DNA of 38,884 nucleotides from a virus (Duplodnaviria; Heunggongvirae; Uroviricota; Caudoviricetes): IMG/VR virus record IMGVR_UViG_2728369182_000009; one strand, 5' to 3'. Shown piece by piece: positions 38,555 to 38,884 of this stretch (position 1 is its first letter; each line of letters starts with the position of its first letter). The notes under the pieces were generated by a model. It saw only the letters and a program-made list of their open reading frames with translations, ran no database searches and was not told where the DNA came from. The position numbers and the translations under genes were made by a program.

Positions 38555-38884
38555 CGAACACATAATTACCGATGAAACAAAACTGAGACACACAAAGCTT
38601 TGCACTGGATTGCAAGGCTTTGTGATCTTCGATAGTGGTTAAGGTGGATCACTCCACCTTTTCATCAAGCCAATCCGCCCACCACTGCATCATTTCTCTG
38701 CGCTTAACGTAGTTGATGCATCACTATCACCCTGTAATGGCTTATTACTGGTTTGCAGACAGGTAGGCATGAACATATGCCTGCGCATGAAGATGGAACT
38801 AGTCCGGATGCGATATTTTTGGTGATCACGTACATCATCAACGAAGTGCGTTATGGTGAGTTTGATGACTACCCGCTGAAGTGA

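Overview
This window is a near-complete temperate lambdoid phage or prophage of the E. coli/Shigella type, and it is strongly mosaic. All calls below come from reading the sequence and recalling protein families; no database search was run, so family names are recognition-level claims.

Layout, left to right:
- 1-4300 (minus strand): leftward early operon with an excisionase-like gene at the edge, several unknown ORFs, a RecT recombinase, and Kil-like and cIII-like small proteins.
- 4830-9350: an immunity region I recognise as essentially phage lambda: ral, sieB, N, nutL, pL/OL1-3, rexB, rexA, cI, OR1-3 with pRM/pR, cro, nutR, pRE and cII.
- 9370-13000: a non-lambda replication module, with an O-like initiator carrying an internal iteron origin and a DnaB-family helicase whose P-loop is interrupted by a 339-aa LAGLIDADG intein.
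- 13000-17300: nin region (NinB, NinE-like, YbcN-like, YbcO-like, RusA, NinH-like, Q antiterminator), with ninF apparently split by an HNH endonuclease insertion.
- 17300-19700: pR'/tR', a second HNH gene, two tRNA-like genes, and a lambda-type lysis cassette (S, R, Rz/Rz1).
- 20000-34600: a GIY-YIG/T5orf172 nuclease-like gene, then a P22/Sf6-like podovirus virion block (TerS, TerL, portal, scaffold, coat, gp4, gp10, gp26, gp14, gp7, gp20, gp16).
- 34600-38560: a three-gene accessory cassette, an orphan mnt repressor with its operator, a chimeric tailspike and a small membrane protein.

Positions 30421-30489 are a 69-nt run of N (assembly gap). I found no rRNA, CRISPR array or transposase. The most interesting items are the intein in the helicase, the nuclease insertion splitting ninF, the overall load of four homing-type nucleases, and the unexplained cassette at 34607-35685.
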